Origin: a virus
Virus record (IMG/VR): IMGVR_UViG_3300010389_000007
Location: 20,835-84,834 of that record
DNA length: 64,000 nucleotides
Strand: one strand, 5' to 3'
The stretch's first letter is position 1. Each line of letters opens with the position of its first letter. The translations under genes were made by a program, and so were the position numbers. Of this stretch, positions 31,101 to 40,457 are shown piece by piece. The notes under the pieces are model-generated. The model did no database searches. It worked only from the letters and a program-made list of their open reading frames with translations, and was not told where the DNA came from.

Positions 31101-32636
31101 TCCCTTAGAAATGTCAAATGCAATTGCATCAATTAAATATCCAATATCTCTTCTACACTTTACTCTACCAGTAGCAACTCCAACTGCACCATAATCAAAG
31201 TCTGGACCATAATAACCAAATGGACCATCAGTGCTGGTAATGAAACCTACAATTTCATTAGCAATGAATTCCTTGTTTCTGACCAGTAGATTTGCAGCAT
31301 CAAGGAATCTACCAGGAATGTTATATTTTGAAGATAATACAGAGTATGCAAAACCTACATTATTGTCACCATCTACAACTTCACCACCAATTCTTACATC
31401 ACCTTGAACATCTAAGGTTCTAGTTGCAACATTGGTTCCAATTGCAACTAATGGTTGAATAGTTTTTACGAAATCTGTTCCAAGAGTTCCATATACTTCT
31501 TCTGATGTGAAGTACTCAGAAGCAGAAAGGACAGTTCCTGCTATACCTACATCTAATTCTCCAGTTGTGGTAATTCCTAAAACATTCAGATTATCAATTG
31601 TTGAGATTCCTACTCTTTCTTCTCCAATGGAAGCAAAGTCAATAGTAGAGATCCCAACTACAGACTCTCCAATAGTTGCAAATCCTACAGTTGCAATACC
31701 AGAAAGTAATTGTGAAATTGTACCAATACCAATTGTTGAAACTCCAACAGTTTCTGAATCAATAGTTGCTGTTGTGACACTTGCAATGCCAATTGTGGCA
31801 ATTCCAGCATATACATCAGTTACAGTTGCAAATCCAACTGTAGCAACTCCGATTGCAGCATCAGTTATAGTTGCAAATCCAACTGTGGCAATACCAGAAT
31901 ATAGGGTGGTGGCAGTAACAAATCCTACAGTTGCAATGCCAATATTGGCATCAGTTACATCTGCTAAAGATATTGTTGCAATACCAATATTGGCATCAGT
32001 TACATCTGCTAAAGTTATTGTTGCAATTCCAATTGCAGCATCAGTTATGGTTGCAAATCCAACTGTGGTCAATCCTACTGTGGATTGTAGGACATCTGAA
32101 TACTCAACTGTTGATATACCAACTATCTCTTCAGCTACAGTAGCAAATCCAACTGTTGATACTCCAACAGTCTCTGCAGAAATATCAGCAACTGCAACTG
32201 TTGCAAATCCTGAGATTGTGGCAAAGGTCATGGATGTAAATCCTTGAACCCTTGCGTTCTGTAAAATGTCTAAATTATATTCAGGAACAGTAGAACCAAT
32301 ACCAACAGAACCAAGACCAGTTATAACTACTGATTCTGGAGCAAATACATTGACTTTAAATTTATTGGTTCCAGGATCTTCATCAATACCAATGCCATCA
32401 GTTACATATACCTTACCATCTACATCTAATTCAAAATTTGGTGCTGCTACATTAACACCTAGTCTATCCCCAACAGTCAGATTTGTTTCTACATTAGCAT
32501 CACCAACAACATCTAAACTAAAATCTGCTAGAGTTTTACCTATTGCTACTCTTTTTGTTGTAGAATCAGCATATAATGCTTCTGTTCCTACACCAAGACC
32601 TGTTCTAACTACAAAATAGTTTTCTTGTGATGCCAT
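28161..32636 (-). CDS. Large virion structural / fibre-base protein
   Basis: IGIAT/VGFAT repeats, repeated DA..L...N..FIA.E.V helical units, C-terminal STDQGGNFRI...TPLIIALG shared with 20475-22706. Confidence 0.75.
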   Translation of the reverse strand: MASQENYFVVRTGLGVGTEALYADSTTKRVAIGKTLADFSLDVVGDANVETNLTVGDRLGVNVAAPNFELDVDGKVYVTDGIGIDEDPGTNKFKVNVFAPESVVITGLGSVGIGSTVPEYNLDILQNARVQGFTSMTFATISGFATVAVADISAETVGVSTVGFATVAEEIVGISTVEYSDVLQSTVGLTTVGFATITDAAIGIATITLADVTDANIGIATISLADVTDANIGIATVGFVTATTLYSGIATVGFATITDAAIGVATVGFATVTDVYAGIATIGIASVTTATIDSETVGVSTIGIGTISQLLSGIATVGFATIGESVVGISTIDFASIGEERVGISTIDNLNVLGITTTGELDVGIAGTVLSASEYFTSEEVYGTLGTDFVKTIQPLVAIGTNVATRTLDVQGDVRIGGEVVDGDNNVGFAYSVLSSKYNIPGRFLDAANLLVRNKEFIANEIVGFITSTDGPFGYYGPDFDYGAVGVATGRVKCRRDIGYLIDAIAFDISKGGNSKSVGAGLSYYEGAVLKYLDDSAVIPTGFSTGYVKQATLVGFSSISTLARYVINNSRLPKSYQTPPLNGTYADAARLILANKVLIAEVAVGRMLANFSGFSVPGGNQECIDDIIDVLEAMCFNLEFGGNDQVYDAAKIYVDNDYLSGEETESIYAYQQARDMAIQAMRNETITLGGYTSEVQYIDNSVVGDQSGLPGVYVSGDCATQASAITVFIQIITEAIEFGTLPATRTITGVASIAQVVDTELLPDGDSNTNPFACANVYSAIHSCVGIVTTIIGEGLAETPKINNPVGELTWQPPGAKVGNEWFVAKYGNDSNVGDTPGGAFLTIKKACSIAQPGDTVKVFAGLYVEDGPIQVPERVAVVGEDLRRTLVSTKAKTDLYHVRRGCYIAQQSFVGEANPNAMVSFPTVGLGYADGTEKNWQSPYVQNCTNFVPDSVGMRIDGARAGGFKSMVLDAYTQYNQNGIGVSITNFGYAQLVSLFTICCNIAVYNDTGGVCDMNNSNASFGNFGLWANGTTPLQYVGIVTVTPEGDNIDSLVLNVGAGATQAYDDAVDLLRANADFLANEVVGFVTSTDGPYGGLGTAFDYGGVAAGRDKCKRDTKIIVETFALDLIQQSNINSIDTALAYRDSADYSVSYLGDSSPVPTGFTPGYVADGEISAINYLAGISTYVIQNLNLPESYQSGINSIPQIKDTNKNGYSPLIVGIITTSAGIITSVIGLGTGSLPERQLPRGQRPYDGQVTFIDTQYFTVNTIRIDSPGFGYVVGAPVEVQLSLPELGDDAIAAEATIFEDGVNPDGTIGEITILVSGTGYLSPPTVTIAPPPDATPGIGSTATATAVMENLFFNVVSSTPVDPTGITTVTFDQFITYPVSAGASVNFFQASKIIASGITFEYIGTGTDIVNAIPSKAAVPIDENQIVATNGGRVPFTSTDQGGNFRISEGITINQNTGTISGTAFSKSLQAETTPLIIALGGG

Positions 32637-32665
32637 AATCGGGTTCCACTATCCCCCTTTTGATT

Positions 32666-32673
32666 TATTTATA
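32666..32673 (-). promoter_or_regulatory. T4-type late promoter
   Basis: Exact TATAAATA ~30 nt upstream of the 1491-aa gene. Confidence 0.75.
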
Positions 32674-32708
32674 AGATATGGTATAATAACTTAAGAGAAT
32701 CAAACATC

Positions 32709-33194
32709 ATGCAAGTAATAGATAACTATTTACCAGAGGAAATTTTCAAACCTATTCAAACAATGATTCTTAGTGATGGATTTCCCTGGTATTGGAATGA
32801 TGCAAAATCAACTTATGAAAATTATTCATGCAATGATTTAGACAATTTTCAGTTAACTCATAGATTTTATGATCAATATAGCAAATGCAGCACTGCTAAT
32901 ATTGATCAAATTATAGTAAAATTAAACCCACAAGCAATTGTTAGAATTAAAGCAAATTTAAATCCAAAAACAACCAAAATTATAAAATATGGATTTCATG
33001 TGGATACTCATATTAATTGCAAGACTGCAATCTATTATTTAAACACTAACAATGGATATACAGAATTTAAAAATGGGGAAAGGGTTGAGAGTGTAGAAAA
33101 TAGAATGGTGTTTTTTGAGTCCCAGTTAGAGCATACTGGGACATCATGCACAAATCAGAAAAGAAGAGTTGTTATAAATTTTAATTATTTTTAA
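32709..33194 (+). CDS. 2OG-Fe(II) oxygenase
   Basis: GFHVD...TAIYYLNTNNG.T.F...ENRMVFF...HTG...RVVINFNY; own TGGTATAAT at 32679-32687. Confidence 0.85.
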   Translation: MQVIDNYLPEEIFKPIQTMILSDGFPWYWNDAKSTYENYSCNDLDNFQLTHRFYDQYSKCSTANIDQIIVKLNPQAIVRIKANLNPKTTKIIKYGFHVDTHINCKTAIYYLNTNNGYTEFKNGERVESVENRMVFFESQLEHTGTSCTNQKRRVVINFNYF

Positions 33195-36100
33195 GAAACT
33201 CTCATAATGTATGCAAGAGCATAGTATGGAGGTAAGTTTGCATTGGTTGCAGGTGAACCTTCAGTGGAAATTGTGGTTGTAGTTGATGTTGATGCTGTAG
33301 GTTGTGTGTAAGATACATTACCAGATGAAGTACTTAGACTTACTCCATCAACAACTTGTCCTCCACCACCAGAAACACCTTCAGTGCTTGTGCTAACAGA
33401 TGCTCCTGTCAAGAATGTGCCACTTGCATCTCCACCAGTTAGGGTTGTTGTTGATGATGAAGAGGCAGTGTGATTGTGTGAAACCAAAGTAGCATCTGCA
33501 CTACCACCAGTTGCTCCTGCAGAAAGTCCTGGATATGTAGTATCTCCAGTTCCACTGCTAGCACCAACAACAAATCTGTTTCTTAAGTTTGGAGTTCCAT
33601 TTGTTCCATCGCATAGTGCCCAGTTTGAAAGATCTCCAGTCCCAACAGAAGATGCTGCACCAGACCAAAGAATAATTCCACCAACAGGAATTGTTCCATA
33701 TCCATGAAGTGTTGTTGATGGTGGAACAATTACTTTTCCACCAGCAGAATTCAAGTATAAGTTATCTGATGTGGTAGTAATTGTGGTTGCTGAAGAGACC
33801 CCAACTGTAACATTACCAATTGTTGCATCATTATTAACTAAAAGGTTATTTCCAACTGCAACTCCCCCAGAAACTACAACAGCAGCAGTTGTTGAGTTAA
33901 TTCCTGGTTGAGTGTTTGCAAAAGTTACTATTCCAACAAATTCAGACTCACCTTCAACAGTTAATGATTGTAAGGTGGTTATTGCAGTGGATGCATCTAA
34001 AATATCATTTACAATTAAAGTATTAACTTCAAGGGTATCTGCTACTGCAGTATCTTCATCCTCTACTGGAACACCAACTGCAGTTTGATCTCCTGTAATT
34101 GCATCAAACTTAGTTCTTCCAATAAAGAACTCCCCATTGCTATTCATGCCAGTGTAAACAACTAGTCCGCCTTGAGAAACTAAAGATTGTGAAGTTAATA
34201 TCTCATCTTCATTTAGAATTCTATCTTGGTTTGATGGCATACCAGTAGAATAGTTACCAGGACCAAAACCAACATATTCAAATGTATGACCTGATGCTCT
34301 AAGAATGGAGTTTCTTCTAAGTTCAATTGGAACTACTGAAATTCTCTTAATTGCAGATCCAGTTAAGTGCGAAGATATTCTGGTTCCTAACTGACCTCTC
34401 TTAACATAAATTTCACCACCAGAAACTTTAGTCACCAACATAATTTCAGTATTTACCTGAATTATGTCTCCCTTTTGCAATCCATAAATGCTTGATACTA
34501 AGAAGTTAATATCAGATACTGAAATTGCTTGATTTGTTTTTGACTTATATCCATCATAAAGGGCAAAATGTCTTGATGCTAGATTTTCATTTTCAGCATT
34601 AGTTTCTTTTGAATTAGATGAAAGACCATATGCATAAACTCTATTTGCAGCTCCAGCATCTCCTCTAACAGTAAATGATGTGATTCCAATCACATTAGAA
34701 ACTGTGGATATTCCAATAGTTGGATCTGATCCAATTTGGTCATCAAACAATACTTTATTTCCAACTGCAAAATTATGTGGTTGTTGGGTTATAATAGTTG
34801 TTGTATTAGTTCCAGAATCATATACTGCTCCATCTGGAGAAGTTTGTAGTTGATATCCTGGACCACCAAATAAGATAACAGATTGCTCTGGAGTCTCTGG
34901 AATTCCTAGATTATTATAGTATGTTATAGTATTTGATGTTACTGACTTGATCAAGAAAGTTCCATTATTTCTTGAATTTTCACATCCAAGAATTTGAATA
35001 GTGTCTAAATCAGAAGATTCTTGATTTGTAGATGCAACAATAACACTTGCAGTATTTGAAGATCCTGGAATTCCTCTTAATGTTAGGGAATCTCCAACAG
35101 TATATCCAGAACCAAAGTTTTGAATTGCAGCAGTAGTTACACTATTTGAAGAAACTGTTATTGTTGCAGTTGCATCTTGCCCAGTTCCTCCACAAAGAGG
35201 AATATCATAATAAGTTCCATTTAAAAATCCAGATCCACCAGAACTAATAGTCAATCTCTTAATACCACCTAATCCATGATTTGTTGCAGTTGTTGCTGTA
35301 CAAACACCAACTGGACTAAATGTTGTTGTGTCTTGATAGGTAGTAATTCCAGTTATTACTTTTCCTAGATTAAAATCTGCTAAGAAAGATGATACAACTT
35401 CCTTAGTACTGCTATTCTTAGGGTCATTGACATTTACTACACCAATAATTGATCTAGATGCTTTTGTAATTGTTCCTTCAGGGTCTGAGTTTGGATTATC
35501 CTCATCAACCTTTGGATACAATCTTTCAATACTTTGTGATAGTTTGTATGTATCTGTATCAAATGGAGATACAGTTGGAACATTTTTAAATGCATTAACT
35601 GTTACATGATAAACTCCATCAGTAATTCCTTCCTCATAAGAAGTGATGGTGTCAATGTCATAAAGTTGATAATCATTTTGTACAGATTTCTGAACAAAAT
35701 ATGGCAAACTATTTCTGTTTGCATCATAGATTGTATAAGGTGGAATTCTATAGTTTGAAGTTTGAGCACAATCTCTTACAGTTAACCAAGATTCTGCAGT
35801 AGAAATGCCAACTGTAATTTCTCCAGGATCTCTAGATATTGCATAAGTAAATCTTAATTCATTAACAACTGCTGCAACAGTGAATTCCCCATTATATCCA
35901 GTTCCAGTACCAAGACCCACTGGAGCAGGTTCTGCAGAACTCTTTAAGTCATAAACTTTTATAGAATCTCCAACTTTTAAGTTGTGTGGTTTACTCGTTA
36001 CAATGGTAACAAATCCAGCACTATACCATGCATCAACAATTGCACCATTATTTCTAATTAAGGATAATTCATTGTTTGTAGCAGAAACCAAATCAGTGCT

Positions 36101-38500
36101 TTCTGCCTGTGGAAGTAAAGAACTTAGAGCATTTGATGCCCTCTCAATAATAAAACCAGAGGTGATGTCAGAAGCAGCTGAAGATTCTTTAGGGATAAAA
36201 ATTCTAAATCTATATGCTTTATCTTGATTTACTCTACTATCTAAGGTTCTCTTGATGTATGAAAGTGGTGCACTAACTGTGGCAAGATTGCTAAAGAATG
36301 AAGTTGCACCAGAACCTACAGAGTTTACTCCAACATACCAATTTTGATTTGCTGAGTCCCACTGAATTGGATGACCAATATCCCCAACATTCTTCTCATT
36401 AACAGAACTTCTGAAGACTAGGTTTCCAGTAGCAAAACCTACTTGGTTTTTAATATCTACTACAAAAACATCATTTTCTGCATTATTTACATTATCATAT
36501 AATTTAATTCCAGTTCCACCAGTTAATCTAACATTATACAGTTTATCATGTTCTATACCATCTGGAAGAACCCCATTTTTTGCAATTATTTTCCCAGAAA
36601 TTCCAGTAGAAATGCCTGTTATTCCAGATAAAGTAACTATATTGGTTGTGGTGTCAATTGTATTGATATCATATTCAATTTTATATGATGGAGTGATGGG
36701 AATTTGATATTCTACGTTAGCTGCTCTATAGTATAAAAGATCTTGATTCTTACCACCTACAGAAAATCCTCTAACTTTATTAGTTGGTGGTGAAAGTAAG
36801 TCTGTAAGATCGTTAAAATATACCCTGGTATTTTGATTTGATGCTGCAAGTGAATTTGTTAAAGTGGCATTAAGTTTTTCATATCTAATAACATTATCTG
36901 CTGCTGGGAGTTCTTTTGGTTGAAGTATATGAGTGATGTACGCATGATTATCTTTAGATAAAGCGTCTTTTTTATATCTTGATGAAAATAGTGCATTTTG
37001 ACCAAAATTACTGTTTGAGTTAGTAATTGATTGATCACCACCAATGTCAGCAACAAACTGCTTTGCATATCCAATAGCAAAGATAGAAACACACTGAATG
37101 AATGCATCATTAGATGCTTTTATGTGGAAAGTTTCCCATTCAGGTCTATATCTTGCTCTTGATGATTGGTGCAAGAATTTGTCTACACCAAAATTAGTTT
37201 GGAATTTATATGCTCCAGAAGTTGCATCATATTCTGCAAATGCTCTATCATCCTTTTGTAGAGAAATTCCAGTAAATTGTGCTGTGACCATGGATCTAAA
37301 TCCTTTGGCCTTTGATCCATCTGCATGGAGACCATTCATACCATAAACAGACTTCAAACTACAGTTGAAGACGTATGGAGATGCTGAGGAAACAGTATCT
37401 GAGATTACTTTTACCGATGCTCCAGTTACACTTGGGTTTAGAGTCTGAGTAGGAACATTAGATAGTAAATATGTAAATTCTGTTTCGCTTGTTACCTGAG
37501 CAACAACAAAATTTCCATTATACTCTAGTTCTGAGGTTGGACCTTCAGCCTGAGCTAATCCAGATATGATAATTGGGGTGAATGGTGATAGATTGTGTGG
37601 TGATTGAGTCTGAACAGTGATTACAGGAGTTCCGGATACACCATTTCCAGAAATTGCTGATGTAATAATGATAGAACCAGTTCCAAGTTCACCAACAATT
37701 CTATTTTCATCTACGTTAGGTTGGAAGTTATCATATCCATCTATGATACTTCTAGATGATTGGGAACCAAATCCCAAACTCAATTTGTAGTAGTAGTTTT
37801 CTAAATCTGTGTGACCAGTGCTAGTATTATTTTTTACTATTATATTAGTATCATCTGCATATTCAAACGCAGTAAGTTTATGGTGTGAAAAGTTTGGTAC
37901 AGTTGTATTTGTTGAATAATTATTATATACTTTTCCAATTGGATCACCATCAAAAATAGTAAATCCAAAGATATAACAAGCACCAGTTAGTTTGAATATT
38001 GCTGCTGGATCAATATTGTCATCTACTGGACTTGGAACAAATTTTGGTCTTATCTTTGTCTTTCTTAAATCATGAGCAACAAGAGAAGTTCCCTTTGGTA
38101 CTATGACCCCACCATCTACACTATTATAAATGTATAATTGGTTTGCAGGATCATTAATATCAAAATTAGTGGAAACGTTAAATTCAGTAATAGTTCTGGT
38201 GGCACTATTTACATCCTTTAATACGTTGGAACTATCTACCCAATATCCAGGTCTGTTGTCAATAAAGTGAGTTCCTGGGGAAAGTAAAATGGTGGTTTGG
38301 TCAAAAAGATCATTATTAGTTCCAGGAACATAAGAGAATCTTGCAGCTTCAATTAATGCCCTTTGAATGGTTTTAAAAGGTCTTAACCTTGAGTTTCCCC
38401 TATTATCAATAGAATCTGAAGCATCTAACTCATTTGGATCAACATATAGGGTATTACCATTGAGATTCTTCAAAAAGTTCTCTAATCTCGCTAAAGGCAT
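33191..38500 (-). CDS. Large tail fibre/virion structural protein with C-terminal tail-collar domain
   Basis: MPLARLENFLKN..G.TLYVDP; RPFKTIQRAL; C-terminal PVGGIILWSG...WALCDG.NGTPNLR.RFVVG...NLPPYYALAYIM. Confidence 0.85.
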   Translation of the reverse strand: MPLARLENFLKNLNGNTLYVDPNELDASDSIDNRGNSRLRPFKTIQRALIEAARFSYVPGTNNDLFDQTTILLSPGTHFIDNRPGYWVDSSNVLKDVNSATRTITEFNVSTNFDINDPANQLYIYNSVDGGVIVPKGTSLVAHDLRKTKIRPKFVPSPVDDNIDPAAIFKLTGACYIFGFTIFDGDPIGKVYNNYSTNTTVPNFSHHKLTAFEYADDTNIIVKNNTSTGHTDLENYYYKLSLGFGSQSSRSIIDGYDNFQPNVDENRIVGELGTGSIIITSAISGNGVSGTPVITVQTQSPHNLSPFTPIIISGLAQAEGPTSELEYNGNFVVAQVTSETEFTYLLSNVPTQTLNPSVTGASVKVISDTVSSASPYVFNCSLKSVYGMNGLHADGSKAKGFRSMVTAQFTGISLQKDDRAFAEYDATSGAYKFQTNFGVDKFLHQSSRARYRPEWETFHIKASNDAFIQCVSIFAIGYAKQFVADIGGDQSITNSNSNFGQNALFSSRYKKDALSKDNHAYITHILQPKELPAADNVIRYEKLNATLTNSLAASNQNTRVYFNDLTDLLSPPTNKVRGFSVGGKNQDLLYYRAANVEYQIPITPSYKIEYDINTIDTTTNIVTLSGITGISTGISGKIIAKNGVLPDGIEHDKLYNVRLTGGTGIKLYDNVNNAENDVFVVDIKNQVGFATGNLVFRSSVNEKNVGDIGHPIQWDSANQNWYVGVNSVGSGATSFFSNLATVSAPLSYIKRTLDSRVNQDKAYRFRIFIPKESSAASDITSGFIIERASNALSSLLPQAESTDLVSATNNELSLIRNNGAIVDAWYSAGFVTIVTSKPHNLKVGDSIKVYDLKSSAEPAPVGLGTGTGYNGEFTVAAVVNELRFTYAISRDPGEITVGISTAESWLTVRDCAQTSNYRIPPYTIYDANRNSLPYFVQKSVQNDYQLYDIDTITSYEEGITDGVYHVTVNAFKNVPTVSPFDTDTYKLSQSIERLYPKVDEDNPNSDPEGTITKASRSIIGVVNVNDPKNSSTKEVVSSFLADFNLGKVITGITTYQDTTTFSPVGVCTATTATNHGLGGIKRLTISSGGSGFLNGTYYDIPLCGGTGQDATATITVSSNSVTTAAIQNFGSGYTVGDSLTLRGIPGSSNTASVIVASTNQESSDLDTIQILGCENSRNNGTFLIKSVTSNTITYYNNLGIPETPEQSVILFGGPGYQLQTSPDGAVYDSGTNTTTIITQQPHNFAVGNKVLFDDQIGSDPTIGISTVSNVIGITSFTVRGDAGAANRVYAYGLSSNSKETNAENENLASRHFALYDGYKSKTNQAISVSDINFLVSSIYGLQKGDIIQVNTEIMLVTKVSGGEIYVKRGQLGTRISSHLTGSAIKRISVVPIELRRNSILRASGHTFEYVGFGPGNYSTGMPSNQDRILNEDEILTSQSLVSQGGLVVYTGMNSNGEFFIGRTKFDAITGDQTAVGVPVEDEDTAVADTLEVNTLIVNDILDASTAITTLQSLTVEGESEFVGIVTFANTQPGINSTTAAVVVSGGVAVGNNLLVNNDATIGNVTVGVSSATTITTTSDNLYLNSAGGKVIVPPSTTLHGYGTIPVGGIILWSGAASSVGTGDLSNWALCDGTNGTPNLRNRFVVGASSGTGDTTYPGLSAGATGGSADATLVSHNHTASSSSTTTLTGGDASGTFLTGASVSTSTEGVSGGGGQVVDGVSLSTSSGNVSYTQPTASTSTTTTISTEGSPATNANLPPYYALAYIMRVS

Positions 38501-38570
38501 TTTAGAGTATCCTTACGTATTTTCTTCTGTCTTATTTATCAATAAATACCATTATCAATCTTTTGTAATT

Positions 38571-40253
38571 ATGGAATTTCGTTCTCCTAAAGAATGTTTG
38601 TTGTCACTATATCAAGATAAAGTAAAATCAGATAATGAGCAAATAAAACAAATAGAACAAACTGAATCTGGATTTAGTATCCAATTGCCAGATGGAACAA
38701 ATTTTGAACTTCCTGCAATACAAGATACCCTAGATTGTTTTACTGACCCAATCAATAAAATAGACACTAGAATAGTCACTCTGAACAATCAAATTGTAGA
38801 CTTACAAAATTCTATTCTTCAAGTTGGACAGACTGCTAATAGTTGTGGGTGTGGTGGGTCTGTTGGATTTGGGAGCACTGGGGTTCCATTCTTTATTGGG
38901 ATTAATACAGTAACTGTATACGCAGATTCATTGCTTTGGAGAGGTTGGTCATACACTTCTCCAAATCCATTCTCACAAATCAGTGGAACCTTATCAGTTG
39001 GAATAGATTTTGCAATAACATCAGCAGAATATACTATCGGATCAACAACTTATCCAGTAAGAGGATATTTGTATGTTCCTCCAATATTAAGCACGTCTGT
39101 TGATGTGATAGTCCTTTATCATGGAACAATCTCAGATACTACAACAACAGTTCTTGAAGCTGCATCAAACTTCATGCAAATTGCAAAAGATAACATTAGA
39201 CTAAAAGATAAAATTATCTTTAGTGTTGCTTATCCACAAGACGCAATCCCTACAGCAAACTCTCTTGATGGAACTTATGGTGGTGTTGGAAATGCTGGAT
39301 TCTTATTTGAGGATAATTTGCCATTTGCCAGAGCAGCATTACTCTGGGCAAAAAATTCCTTGAATTCTTATATAGCATCTCAAGGTCTTAATAAGAGTAT
39401 TAATAGAGTTTTCATGTTTGGACATTCTCAGGGAGGTTCATTGGTCCATAAATTGAACACTTTAGAATCTACTGATGGTGTTATTGCAAATGCTCCAGGT
39501 CCAATAAGATTAGATTTAACTTGTCAAAACCAAGAAACTCTAGGATTAGTTGGTGCAGGAAAACCAATAACTTTACAAAATGCTGTTTGTCAGAAGTTAT
39601 ACAATGTCTATGGATCAGCATTTACATCATCTCAATATTTTGACAGATCTGTTCAAGCATACACTACTGGTTTAATATCTCCAACCTTATACATTCAAGG
39701 TCAGCAAGATACTACTGGTGCAGGTAGCCAAATTGATTGGATCAACACTTTATTTGCAGATGTGGAATCTCAAGTAGTCAGTGATGGAAAAGGTGGTTTG
39801 TTGAAAGTTCAAGGTGGTCATGATGCATTTGTCAACAATCCAATTGCACAACAAGCAATTAGAGACTTTGTAGAATCAACTGGGTCTGATGTAACAACGA
39901 CTGCAGCAGGAACTGTTGGTCTTGGTACTGAAGATCTAGTTGGACAATCCCTAATTGGAATTTACTATGGTGATGTTGGTGTTGCTAGAACAACTTTGAC
40001 AATTTGTCCAGGAATTACAACTTGTGATGCATATCCTAGTCAGATTGCAAGTTTACAGGCACAAATTACACCTTTAAGATCTGAGAGAAATTCGTTAATA
40101 GGAAAAGTAAATTACCTTAAGAGTGAAAGGAGTAAGTATGAAATAAGAAAATATGGGTTCAACAGACAAAAAGAGGAATTAAATGCAGATATTGCATCTA
40201 GCAATGCAGTGCTTAATTTCCTTAACGATCCTGCGAATGAAGAATGGTTATAA
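38571..40253 (+). CDS. Coiled-coil late protein with an inserted alpha/beta-hydrolase domain
   Basis: ATAAATA just upstream; LYHG, GHSQGG, QGQQD, GGHD; coiled-coil N- and C-termini. Confidence 0.75.
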   Translation: MEFRSPKECLLSLYQDKVKSDNEQIKQIEQTESGFSIQLPDGTNFELPAIQDTLDCFTDPINKIDTRIVTLNNQIVDLQNSILQVGQTANSCGCGGSVGFGSTGVPFFIGINTVTVYADSLLWRGWSYTSPNPFSQISGTLSVGIDFAITSAEYTIGSTTYPVRGYLYVPPILSTSVDVIVLYHGTISDTTTTVLEAASNFMQIAKDNIRLKDKIIFSVAYPQDAIPTANSLDGTYGGVGNAGFLFEDNLPFARAALLWAKNSLNSYIASQGLNKSINRVFMFGHSQGGSLVHKLNTLESTDGVIANAPGPIRLDLTCQNQETLGLVGAGKPITLQNAVCQKLYNVYGSAFTSSQYFDRSVQAYTTGLISPTLYIQGQQDTTGAGSQIDWINTLFADVESQVVSDGKGGLLKVQGGHDAFVNNPIAQQAIRDFVESTGSDVTTTAAGTVGLGTEDLVGQSLIGIYYGDVGVARTTLTICPGITTCDAYPSQIASLQAQITPLRSERNSLIGKVNYLKSERSKYEIRKYGFNRQKEELNADIASSNAVLNFLNDPANEEWL

Positions 40254-40260
40254 AAACCCT

Positions 40261-40300
40261 AGGGGCAATTTTTACCCAGAATTTTTTTTGCCCCTTTTTT
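40261..40300 (+). terminator. Terminator-like inverted repeat at a strand convergence
   Basis: AGGGGCAA...TTGCCCCT followed by a T-run; loop unusually long. Confidence 0.5.
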
Positions 40301-40323
40301 GGAATTAAAAGTCAATTTTGAAA

Positions 40324-40408
40324 TAGGAGTGGGGAGACTTGAACTCCCACGACCTTGATGGTCAACAGATTTTAAGTCTGGTGTGTCTACCTATTCCACC
40401 ACACTCCC
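40324..40408 (-). tRNA. tRNA-Leu(UAA)
   Basis: GGGAGTGTGGTGGAAT..., anticodon loop CT-TAA-AA, long variable arm, GTTCAAGTC. Confidence 0.95.
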
Positions 40409-40457
40409 AAAGTGGGAAGAGATCTCTCTCTTCCCTGCACTTCCTTCACACTTGGAT

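Noticed and set aside
31507-32247. 246-aa plus-strand ORF
   Set aside because: Antisense shadow of the VGIAT repeat region of the 1491-aa gene.
38367-38570. Long start for the hydrolase-containing ORF
   Set aside because: Overlaps the divergent 1769-aa gene and lies upstream of the late promoter; ATG at 38571 preferred.
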